Part shown: piece by piece, positions 1-7,400 of the stretch
Numbering within the stretch: position 1 is the first letter of the stretch
Layout: the number at the start of each line of letters is the position of its first letter
Assembly (NCBI GenBank): GCA_023261845.1
Contig: JALNJZ010000012.1
Coordinates: 1 to 10,666 of the forward strand
Source of the DNA: Candidatus Terraquivivens tengchongensis
Lineage (GTDB): Archaea; Thermoproteota; Nitrososphaeria_A; Caldarchaeales; Wolframiiraptoraceae
Direction of reading: 5' to 3'
DNA length: 10,666 nucleotides
Notes under the pieces: generated by a model
Database searches by the model: none
What the model saw: only the letters and a program-made list of their open reading frames with translations
Told to the model about the DNA's origin: nothing
Position numbers and translations under genes: made by a program

Positions 1-170
1 GTGCTAAAGAGGTCGGTCCGTACAAGAACATAGTAGATCCTGTTGAGCACATATTCTACTCGATGAAGGCAGCGGACGAGATGGGCAAGAGGATTGCATC
101 GCAAGTACCGAGAGTTCCATACGAAGCAGTCTGGACACCTTACGACATAGGCAAGTACGTACCGCGTTAA
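1..170 (+). CDS. 3' end of a CDS entering from the left; possibly glycerol dehydrogenase / iron-containing alcohol dehydrogenase family
   Basis: Open frame from nt 3 to TAA 168-170: AKEVGPYKNIVDPVEHIFYSMKAADEMGKRIASQVPRVPYEAVWTPYDIGKYVPR*, followed by a T-rich tract. IFYSMKAADEMGKR resembles the last helix of GldA-type enzymes (..A-D-x-x-G-x-R). Only 55 residues are visible, so the product call is weak; a URO-D/MtaA-type C-terminus is an alternative. Confidence 0.45.
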   Translation, partial: AKEVGPYKNIVDPVEHIFYSMKAADEMGKRIASQVPRVPYEAVWTPYDIGKYVPR

Positions 171-190
171 TACTAAAACGCATACATTCA

Positions 191-203
191 TTATTTATTT
201 TTT
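191..203 (+). terminator. Oligo-T archaeal-type terminator candidate
   Basis: TTATTTATTTTTT beginning 20 nt after the stop at 170. Confidence 0.45.
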
Positions 204-236
204 AGTCTTCTAAAGTGTTGAAGTTTTGTAGATTCT

Positions 237-260
237 AATTTTTAAAAAGTTTTAAAAATT
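237..260. promoter_or_regulatory. Inverted repeat upstream of the channel-gene promoter (candidate TF site)
   Basis: AATTTTTAAAA-AG-TTTTAAAAATT: 11-bp perfect arms, extendable by TTCT/AGAA with one bulge. Arms are A/T only. Confidence 0.35.
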
Positions 261-272
261 CAGAACGTCATC

Positions 273-287
273 CGAAAAGCTTAATTA
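273..287 (+). promoter_or_regulatory. BRE/TATA promoter candidate for the channel gene
   Basis: CGAAAAGC-TTAATTA about 45 nt upstream of ATG 332; SD-like GGTGA at 321-325. Confidence 0.45.
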
Positions 288-331
288 CCTAAAACAGACA
301 ATCTAAAAAATACCGAATAAGGTGAAAATGC

Positions 332-919
332 ATGGGTCTAGCACCTGTTGCGTTCGGTATGATGGGGCTGACCTTCGGCCTCTTCGCGTACGGCCTATAT
401 CTCCTTGGATTTGAAGCAAAACCATTAAAGGAGGGTGCACCTGATCCAGGAAAGACTGTCGCGACGATAGGCGCTCTATCTGCATTTTTGTCGCTGTTCA
501 TAATGGCCATACACCAGATTACAGCTTCCCCTGCAGCCGTCGATCCTGTTACCGCAGGCCCTATAGGTGTAGCTTTGACACAGCTCTTCAGCATAACGCC
601 GCTCATGTACGCCAACCTTTGGCTGGCTACCGTCATCGTTACATATGCCGGATGGGATGGTAGGTACGTAGGCAACCTGGCTCTCATTGTAGCCATCTAT
701 CAGTTCATCTTCATGGGAATCTTCCACTACCTGATTGGTGGCGTCTACGATCTAAATACAACCATCATACAAATAGCCCTGTTGACATACGCACTGGCAG
801 CCATTGGTTTTTACTTGGCAACGCACGGTAAGGCACCAAAGTTCGGCGGCGTCGTCTGCATTTGGTCAGGAATAATGACATTCCTCCTGATGCTATTCCC
901 AGGAGGCGTAATAGTGTAA
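332..919 (+). CDS. AmiS/UreI-like six-TM small-solute channel
   Basis: 195 aa with about six hydrophobic helices. LMYANLWLATVIVTYAGWDGRYVGNLALIVAI resembles the AmiS/UreI F-T-Y-L-W...D-G-R-x-x-G-W segment. SD GGTGA 6 nt before the ATG. T-rich tract at 941-957. Confidence 0.65.
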   Translation: MGLAPVAFGMMGLTFGLFAYGLYLLGFEAKPLKEGAPDPGKTVATIGALSAFLSLFIMAIHQITASPAAVDPVTAGPIGVALTQLFSITPLMYANLWLATVIVTYAGWDGRYVGNLALIVAIYQFIFMGIFHYLIGGVYDLNTTIIQIALLTYALAAIGFYLATHGKAPKFGGVVCIWSGIMTFLLMLFPGGVIV

Positions 920-972
920 AATAACCCTCAGAAAACCTCCTTCTTTTTATTATTTTAAATCTCAAAAATCAT

Positions 973-2376
973 TTAGTTTTCTACTCCTAACCTGAATTCA
1001 TCATGCACTGCCCTAACTGCGTCTACGGCTTCGGCCACTCTCACGACAAACGAAATGTTAAGTTCAGATGCACCCTGAGAAATCATCTTTATGTTTATGC
1101 CCTTGCTGGCAACAGCTTTGAAGACTCTGGCCGCTATGCCGGGCGTGCCTTTCATCCCTTCTCCAACGACAGCAACGACCGCTACGTCATCATCAACCTC
1201 GACATCCTTCGCAATGCCAGAGCTTAAGAGCGATGTTTCGATCGCTGCTATAGCTTTTTCCAACGCATCCCTTTTCACGATAAAGGATATGCTAGACTCT
1301 GATACGCTCTGTGAAATCATCATGATATTGATTGAACGTCTTGCTATTGCGTCCAAAATCTTCGCCGCAGTCCCAGGTCTTCCTACAATACTCGTACCCC
1401 TAACAGATACCATACCAACGTTCTCGACTAAAAGCACTGCTTTGACAACATCACCAGATACAACCCTAGATTTCTTTATGAGGGTTCCAGGTTTCTCTGG
1501 GTTGAACGTATTCCTTATCCTAACGGGTATGCCCTTCTCGATTGTTGGCTCAAATGCTCTAGGATGTAATCCTTTTGCACCAAACATAGCCATCTCTATA
1601 GCTTCAGCGTACGAAATTTCCGGAAGGACCTTAGCATTCGGAACGATCTTGGGATTAGCAGTCATCAAACCATCGACGTCGCTCCAAAGCCATATCTCAT
1701 CAGCATTTATTGCGCTTCCTATCAACGTGGCAGTATAATCTGAGCCGCCCCTACCGAGTGTCGTGATCACACCATGAGTATCCGCAGCTATAAATCCTGT
1801 TACCACCGGTATTTTTCCTTCAGATATGAGGTTACCTAACTTAGAGGATAGATTCAAGTAGGTTGTCTCGATGAGCGGTACGGCTTCTCCGAAGTTCGAG
1901 TCTGTGACTATACCCGCATCCTTGCCTGTTAAATATACAGCAGGCATACCAAAATCTAACATGGCACCCCACAGAATCCTTGTGGAAAGTCTTTCACCAA
2001 ATGAAAGTATGAGATCCCTCGTCCTTGGCGTTGCCTCCATGATATAGCACACACCTTTGACTGCCCTTCTTAAACCATCTAAGTCTCTTTGTATATATCG
2101 CCATACTTCTGCAGATATTTTCTCATCTTTAATAGCGTCCCCTATTGCATCTTCGTGTTGAGAGCTAAGTCTTTCTAAGAGTTCATCAACTTCATTTTCC
2201 CTACCACTTTCTGCGATAGAAGTGAGCTTGATTAACTCATCCGTAACGTTTGACATCGCTGAGGCAACCACAACCAATTCATTTTCTTCAGAGTATCTCC
2301 TTATCAGACTAGCCACATGCCTTATTCTTTTACCATCGCCAAGCGACGTACCGCCGAACTTCATTACCAGTTTCAA
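973..2376 (-). CDS. lysC: Aspartate kinase with two C-terminal ACT domains
   Basis: N-terminal VMKFGGTS; SFGERLS; TTLGRGGSDYTA; WSDVDGLMTANPK; FGAKGLHP; ACT repeats (GRPGTAAKI, GTPGIAARVF, ISQGASELNISF). TTG start. Confidence 0.96.
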   Translation of the reverse strand: MKLVMKFGGTSLGDGKRIRHVASLIRRYSEENELVVVASAMSNVTDELIKLTSIAESGRENEVDELLERLSSQHEDAIGDAIKDEKISAEVWRYIQRDLDGLRRAVKGVCYIMEATPRTRDLILSFGERLSTRILWGAMLDFGMPAVYLTGKDAGIVTDSNFGEAVPLIETTYLNLSSKLGNLISEGKIPVVTGFIAADTHGVITTLGRGGSDYTATLIGSAINADEIWLWSDVDGLMTANPKIVPNAKVLPEISYAEAIEMAMFGAKGLHPRAFEPTIEKGIPVRIRNTFNPEKPGTLIKKSRVVSGDVVKAVLLVENVGMVSVRGTSIVGRPGTAAKILDAIARRSINIMMISQSVSESSISFIVKRDALEKAIAAIETSLLSSGIAKDVEVDDDVAVVAVVGEGMKGTPGIAARVFKAVASKGINIKMISQGASELNISFVVRVAEAVDAVRAVHDEFRLGVEN

Positions 2377-2423
2377 GGCAAAAATCCGAGAAAAGGGGTT
2401 GAATATAATCGTTTAAATAATTT

Positions 2424-3437
2424 TTACGTTACAAGAAGGTGTTCCTTTATAGAGATGAGGTCCCTTATTATAGCGGTTGCTGTCTCCCTTCCGCCTGCAC
2501 CTTTACCTGTTATCGTGTGTCTACCAGAATTCTCGAGGGTCAGCGTGATGGCGTTGTAGGTATACTTAACCGCAAGCGGGTCAGATTGATCTATGATTAA
2601 TGGTTTCACGAAGACCTCTGATTCATCAGCCACACCTATCAACCTAACAGTTTTTCCCGTACCTTTTGCCATTTTGATGTCTTCAGGTTTGATGCCTGCT
2701 ATACCTTCAACCTTTACATCCCTAAGCGTCACCCTCTTTCCCAGAACTTCGTTGGCTAGTATGACGAGTTTACAGGCAGTATCCATGCCGCTTACATCAA
2801 GCGTTGGGTCACGTTCTGCATAACCTTTCTCCTGTGCTTCTACTAAAGCTTCATCAAACCTTAGCCCATCCTCCATCCTCGTGAGTATGTAGTTCGTCGT
2901 TCCGTTCAATACGCCCTCTACTTTGACCACTCTATCGCCCTTGGCACACTCTTTTGCGAACGCTAAAACAGGTAATCCTCCTCCAACAGTTCCGCTAAAC
3001 TTTAACGCGAGCTTTTTATGTTCAGCCATCTCCTTTAACATCGGCATGGCAAGTGCGAGTGGACCTTTGTTTACCGTGATGACGTTAAGACCGAGCTGTA
3101 GCGCATTGAGGATATGTGTCATACCGGGTTCACCATTTATAAGATTCGTGTGGGTCGCTTCGATGAGGGTGTCCGCCTCAACGCTCCGAATAACTTCAAG
3201 GAGGTTCATTTCATAACCTACGGATGCCGCTTTTGCGACTGTGCCATATTCTCTTTTACATCTCATAACCAGATTTAAGTCCAACCCTCTTTGGGAGACG
3301 GCAGCACCCTTACTGTCAACAATTGCCACAACCTTTATGACCAGCCCGTAGGCTTTCTTTAAAAACTCCCTATGACTCATCAATAGCTGGACAAAGCTTT
3401 GCCCAACTGTGCCGAAGCCAGCGATAATTATGTTCAT
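2424..3437 (-). CDS. hom: Homoserine dehydrogenase (archaeal type, no ACT domain)
   Basis: GFGTVG Rossmann motif; VITVNKGPLA; TVGGGLPV; GVLNGTTNYIL; AQEKGYAERDPTLDVSGMDTACK; GKGAGGRETATA. Confidence 0.96.
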   Translation of the reverse strand: MNIIIAGFGTVGQSFVQLLMSHREFLKKAYGLVIKVVAIVDSKGAAVSQRGLDLNLVMRCKREYGTVAKAASVGYEMNLLEVIRSVEADTLIEATHTNLINGEPGMTHILNALQLGLNVITVNKGPLALAMPMLKEMAEHKKLALKFSGTVGGGLPVLAFAKECAKGDRVVKVEGVLNGTTNYILTRMEDGLRFDEALVEAQEKGYAERDPTLDVSGMDTACKLVILANEVLGKRVTLRDVKVEGIAGIKPEDIKMAKGTGKTVRLIGVADESEVFVKPLIIDQSDPLAVKYTYNAITLTLENSGRHTITGKGAGGRETATAIIRDLISIKEHLLVT

Positions 3438-3540
3438 GAGCCCACACCCGGTTGCTAAACGTTGGTAAAATTCAAGCTAAAAGCATTAAAAGTAAACGGT
3501 CCGAACATTTAATAATTATAAGTGCCCAAAAGTGTAAAAG

Positions 3541-3557
3541 AGAAAAAGATTATATAT
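3541..3557 (+). promoter_or_regulatory. BRE/TATA promoter of the malic enzyme gene (probably leaderless mRNA)
   Basis: AGAAAAAG-ATTATATAT about 25 nt upstream of ATG 3579, with no obvious SD. Confidence 0.55.
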
Positions 3558-3578
3558 TCATTCGTATGTTACTGCGAT

Positions 3579-4913
3579 ATGACGTCTCTTGAGGAGAAAG
3601 CAAGTCATCCTTCCACTTTAGCGATGAAGTACCATCCCTTCTATAAGGGCAAGATACAGATTGCCCTGAAGTGTCCTGTCAGGTCTTATGATGATTTTGC
3701 GATCTGGTACACGCCTGGTGTAGCTGAACCGTGTAAAGCTATACAGAAGAACGTAGACTTAGTTTTCGAGTATACAAATAGGGCTAACACTGTAGCCATA
3801 GTAACGGACGGAACCAGAATCCTAGGTCTAGGCGATATCGGCCCTGAGGCTGGATTACCTGTTATGGAAGGAAAAGCACTATTGTTTAAGTACCTTGGAG
3901 GCATCGATGCTTTTCCCATAGCACTAGCAACCAAAGATGCAGAAAAAATAATAGAAATTGTCAAAGCACTAGAACCTTCCTTTGGTGGTATAAATCTCGA
4001 GGATATTGAAAAGCCGAAATGTTTCTATATACTCGAGAGGCTTCGACAGGAGATGCGTATTCCAGTATGGCATGACGACCAACAGGGCACGGCGACAGTT
4101 ACCGTTGCCGCATTTATAAATGCCGTAAAATTCGTAGGAAAGCGCATTAGCGATGTTATTGTGACGTTGATAGGAGCAGGTGCTGCCAACATCGCGATAG
4201 CCAGACTTCTCATAGCATACGGCGTGCCAGCCGGAAACTTGAGGCTAGTTGATTCTAAGGGTGTACTCCACGCGGAGAGAGAAGACGTTGACAAACTTCA
4301 GTTCCAGGATAAGTGGAAGTATGAGATGGCAATAAAAACGAATAAGGATAGAGTTGTTGGAGGCATACCAGAGGGGTTAAAAGGTGCTGATGTGTGCATA
4401 GCGATGTCCAGACCAGGCCCAGGTGTCATAAAGAAAGAATGGATCACCGCGATGGCTGATGATAGCATAGTTTTTGCGTGTGCTAATCCAATACCTGAGA
4501 TATGGCCTTGGGAGGCAAAGGAGGCAGGAGCCAAGATAGTGGCGACCGGAAGGTCTGATTTCCCGAACCAAGTGAACAACTCCTTAGGTTTCCCAGGAAT
4601 ATTCAGGGGAGCTTTGGATGTCAGGGCTTACACGATTACGGATGAGATGTGCTTAGCAGCAGCAATTGAGTTGGCGAGGGTAGCAGAGGAAAAAGGTCTG
4701 AGCGAGGAGTACATTCTACCGACCATGGAGGACTGGGAGGTCTATCCGAGAGAGGCAACTGTTGTAGCGATGAAAGCGATAGAATTGGGCGTTGCGCGTA
4801 TAAAGAAGAGCAGGGATGAGGTCTACGAGGAAGCTTATAGGAAAATAAAGATCGCCAGGGATCAGACAAAGCTCCTGATGGAAAAAGGGTTTATACCGCC
4901 ACCGCCAGAATGA
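3579..4913 (+). CDS. mae: NAD(P)-dependent malic enzyme
   Basis: YTPGVAEPC; TDGTRILGLGDIG; PVMEGKALLFK; GGINLEDI; WHDDQQGT; GAGAAN; ATGRSDFPNQVNN. Start moved from GTG 3522 to ATG 3579, because the extra 19 codons contain the TATA box. Confidence 0.95.
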   Translation: MTSLEEKASHPSTLAMKYHPFYKGKIQIALKCPVRSYDDFAIWYTPGVAEPCKAIQKNVDLVFEYTNRANTVAIVTDGTRILGLGDIGPEAGLPVMEGKALLFKYLGGIDAFPIALATKDAEKIIEIVKALEPSFGGINLEDIEKPKCFYILERLRQEMRIPVWHDDQQGTATVTVAAFINAVKFVGKRISDVIVTLIGAGAANIAIARLLIAYGVPAGNLRLVDSKGVLHAEREDVDKLQFQDKWKYEMAIKTNKDRVVGGIPEGLKGADVCIAMSRPGPGVIKKEWITAMADDSIVFACANPIPEIWPWEAKEAGAKIVATGRSDFPNQVNNSLGFPGIFRGALDVRAYTITDEMCLAAAIELARVAEEKGLSEEYILPTMEDWEVYPREATVVAMKAIELGVARIKKSRDEVYEEAYRKIKIARDQTKLLMEKGFIPPPPE

Positions 4914-4932
4914 GGGTTAGGGGTTAATTATA

Positions 4933-5415
4933 ATGGGAGGCATACAGGAAATAGAGATCAGAGATGCAAAGCCTGAGGACACCAACGGTATCGTGGAACT
5001 TGTCATAAGGTTAAAAAGATTAAACGAAGAGTTTGACCCGTTGTTTAAGACTAGGGACGACATAGCCATACATGCCAAGAAGTACGTCGAGTCTGCTTTG
5101 GTTTCTGACGAATCCGTCATCGTGGTCGCTGAGCGGAAGGGAAAGATCGTAGGCGTCATAAAAGCAGATATTGTGGACAGAATATTCTACGAGCCAAGGA
5201 TAGAAGGCAGGATAAGAGAGCTATATGTCCTTCCAGAGTTTAGACGAAATGGGCTTGGGAAACGACTTATAGAGGTTATAATCGAGAAGTTAAAAAACAG
5301 GGTGGATATGATAACCGCAGAGTTTCCTACGCTGAATGAGATAGCCATTAGGTTTTACAACAGGCTAGGGTTCAGGGGTATAATGAGCAATTACACGATC
5401 GAGGTCAGAAAGTAG
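4933..5415 (+). CDS. GNAT family N-acetyltransferase
   Basis: IEIRDAKPED N-terminus; motif A ELYVLPEFRRNGLGKRL; NEIAIRFYNRLGF. Starts 19 nt after the malic enzyme stop. Confidence 0.92.
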   Translation: MGGIQEIEIRDAKPEDTNGIVELVIRLKRLNEEFDPLFKTRDDIAIHAKKYVESALVSDESVIVVAERKGKIVGVIKADIVDRIFYEPRIEGRIRELYVLPEFRRNGLGKRLIEVIIEKLKNRVDMITAEFPTLNEIAIRFYNRLGFRGIMSNYTIEVRK

Positions 5416-5444
5416 AAGAAGACGCAAGAATCCCTTTACCTTAA

Positions 5445-5452
5445 TTTTTTTT
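5445..5452 (+). terminator. Oligo-T terminator after mae-GNAT
   Basis: T8 run about 30 nt after the GNAT stop. Confidence 0.5.
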
Positions 5453-5510
5453 GTCTTCATGAAGCATGGGGACAAACCTCCGTTTTTGCTTATTGCGCCA
5501 TTTTCTAAAA

Positions 5511-5526
5511 AGGTAAAGTTATTAAG
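5511..5526 (+). promoter_or_regulatory. BRE/TATA candidate for tRNA-Glu
   Basis: AGGTAAAG-TTATTAAG about 53 nt upstream of the mature tRNA 5' end. Confidence 0.4.
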
Positions 5527-5578
5527 CGCATCGGTCTTTATCCCGCCTAGAGGTTACGGTAAATAGCAAACACGATGT

Positions 5579-5654
<76 letters not shown>

Positions 5655-5661
5655 TTTTTTT
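5655..5661 (+). terminator. Oligo-T terminator of the tRNA
   Basis: T7 immediately 3' of the tRNA. Confidence 0.65.
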
Positions 5662-5696
5662 ATCAAATAGGACGCAGTCGTAATAGAGCTTTGTCC

Positions 5697-5981
5697 TCAG
5701 GCAGTACGTTCGGCTAAAAGCAGGTCTTTTTTGTCGCCTATAACCCACTCCAACACCTTAAAGTTCTTTTCGTGGATAAGCATCTCTACCTCTTCCCAAT
5801 CTTCAGAGTAAGAGGGGACTTTAAAGGTCTGTACGTGTATTGCTTGTCCCGCCAGTTTTTCATCCTCAAGATACTCTTTGATGCTTGCTATGGGTTTTGG
5901 TAGCTGTAACACCTTTATGTTAAGCGTCTCGTGGTCGATCTCTATGACAAAACGTCCTTCTTTTCTCTCTTTACCTTCCAT
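5697..5981 (-). CDS. Hypothetical small acidic cytoplasmic protein (94 aa)
   Basis: ATG start, globular E/K-rich composition and an AT-rich TATA-like region 22-35 nt upstream; no competing ORF. No family recognised. Confidence 0.7.
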   Translation of the reverse strand: MEGKERKEGRFVIEIDHETLNIKVLQLPKPIASIKEYLEDEKLAGQAIHVQTFKVPSYSEDWEEVEMLIHEKNFKVLEWVIGDKKDLLLAERTA

Positions 5982-5990
5982 GAGTTAAAT

Positions 5991-6004
5991 TATGTATATA
6001 CATA
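5991..6004. promoter_or_regulatory. 14-bp perfect palindrome between the TATA region and start of the 94-aa gene
   Basis: TATGTATATACATA is its own reverse complement. Confidence 0.35.
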
Positions 6005-6058
6005 TTAATTAATTTTTGTTCATTAAGTATATATTAGATTTGCTACGTCTCCTCCATA

Positions 6059-6089
6059 GCGTTTCAACCGGTTGAAACGCGGCGTTTCA
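6059..6089. promoter_or_regulatory. Palindromic operator array upstream of the secreted-protein gene
   Basis: Perfect 22-bp palindrome GCGTTTCAACCGGTTGAAACGC (6059-6080); third half-site GCGTTTCA (6082-6089); fourth half-site TGAAACG at 6131-6137. TATA-like TTATCTAA at 6099-6106. Confidence 0.7.
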
Positions 6090-6140
6090 TAATATCCCTT
6101 ATCTAAATGCTACATTGAGGTTTTATGCAGTGAAACGGAC

Positions 6141-7393
6141 ATGAAAAGAAAGGTCCAAGTTCTCCTGATAAGCATGATGCTAGCGTTCGTTGTAGTATTT
6201 GTCCAACTCCCGATATCCCCTGTTGCCGCTGCAACTCCGCTAGGTGAGGTTGAAAAAGCCGAGGCTCTTATCGGAATAGCGAAAAAGCCTCTCTCCGTAT
6301 TGAATATATTTTAAACGAGGTCGAGGAAAAAGCGGCTGGTATCAACATAACGAAGGCTGAAAGACTTTACGAGGAAGGAAACGCTCTGCTTAGTCAAGCT
6401 AAGGTGGCGATTCGGGAGCAGAATTACGGTGACGCCGTGCGCTTAGCCATAAATGCGATGGAGAAGTTTCGAGAAGCGCGCATGATATTGGCATCGGTCT
6501 TCGAACAAGCTGAAATTGAGGAGGAATTCATTAAGGCTCAGGGGTTGCTAGTAGCGGCCAACCGAACCCTAGAAAGAATCGAACGATTAAAGAAATCTTT
6601 GTCCGAGATCCAAGCGACGCTAGAGACTGCCGAAAATCTTCTGAATGAGGATGAGATTATAGGACTTCTTCAGGAGGGGAAAGTATCGGAGGTCGCCCAC
6701 AGGATTGCTGAAGCCAACAGGCTCATTTGCCAAGCACTAAAGTCGATGGCTGAAGATGCCGTACCCAGCAAGATGGAGCGTTTTATGGAAAGGTTCCAAG
6801 AAAGGTACGATGCACTAATCGGCAAAGTTCAGGCGACGGGTGTGGATGTTAGAGAACTTTTAAGCGAAACGGGACTTAAAAATACAAATGAATTTCGGGA
6901 GAACGCACAACGTCTAAAGGAAGCCATCAAGTCCGTTGGACCGAAAAATGCCAAAGGTTTGATGGGTCAATTGATGTCCTTAGCGAATGGACTCAAGAAG
7001 CTCGAAAGAAAAGTCTGGTCAACTCCTTCTACTCCGTCAGAATCCGGAGGTACACCGGCGCTAAGTGTCGAGATTGCTGAAAAGAGGGTCACTGGCAACC
7101 TTAGGTGGGTCTTTCTGGACGTCGTGATAAAAAACACTGGAGACGTAAGGCTTCAATTTCCAAATTCTGTCTACGGTTTAACTATAGAGCGAAAGGGTGA
7201 GGGTGGAGCATGGGAACTTTACTATTCACCAATGTCTGCTCAAGTAATAGTTTTTCTTGAACCTGGGCAGACCGAGCACATTATGGTGAGGTTTAATCAA
7301 CCCCAAGCAGGAGAGTACAGGGTCCACGTGCAAGGGATTTACGAGCAAAGTGGGCAGACAGTTGAAGCTGTAGCCGAGTTCGCTTTACCATAA
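6141..7393 (+). pseudogene. Secreted alpha-helical protein with C-terminal Ig-like (BsuPI-like) domain, split by a 1-nt frameshift
   Basis: ATG 6141 opens MKRKVQVLLISMMLAFVVVFVQLPISPVAAA (signal peptide), which stops at TAA 6312-6314. The frame of ORF 6404..7393 is open back to 6254. One extra base near A5 6282-6286 fuses them into 417 aa (..GIAKKASLRIEYILNEVEEK..). The C-terminal IKNTGDVRLQF..SAQVIVFLEPGQT..AGEYRV follows an S/T/P-rich linker. Confidence 0.75.
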
Positions 7394-7400
7394 TTTTTTA

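Noticed and set aside
289-965. Minus-strand ORFs over the channel gene
   Set aside because: The plus-strand gene has the SD, promoter and coherent TM pattern; these have none.
1003-3216. Plus-strand ORFs within lysC and hom (e.g. 1091-1738, 215 aa)
   Set aside because: Antisense shadows of well-supported genes, with S/T/I-rich composition and no motifs.
3522-3578. 19-codon N-terminal extension of malic enzyme from GTG 3522
   Set aside because: It contains the BRE/TATA; ATG 3579 fits the family start better.
4913-4926. Telomere-like AGGGTTAGGGGTTA
   Set aside because: Two imperfect units in a short spacer; better explained as an SD-like G-rich sequence or chance.
3686-5159. Minus-strand ORFs within mae and GNAT
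   Set aside because: Antisense shadows of well-supported genes.
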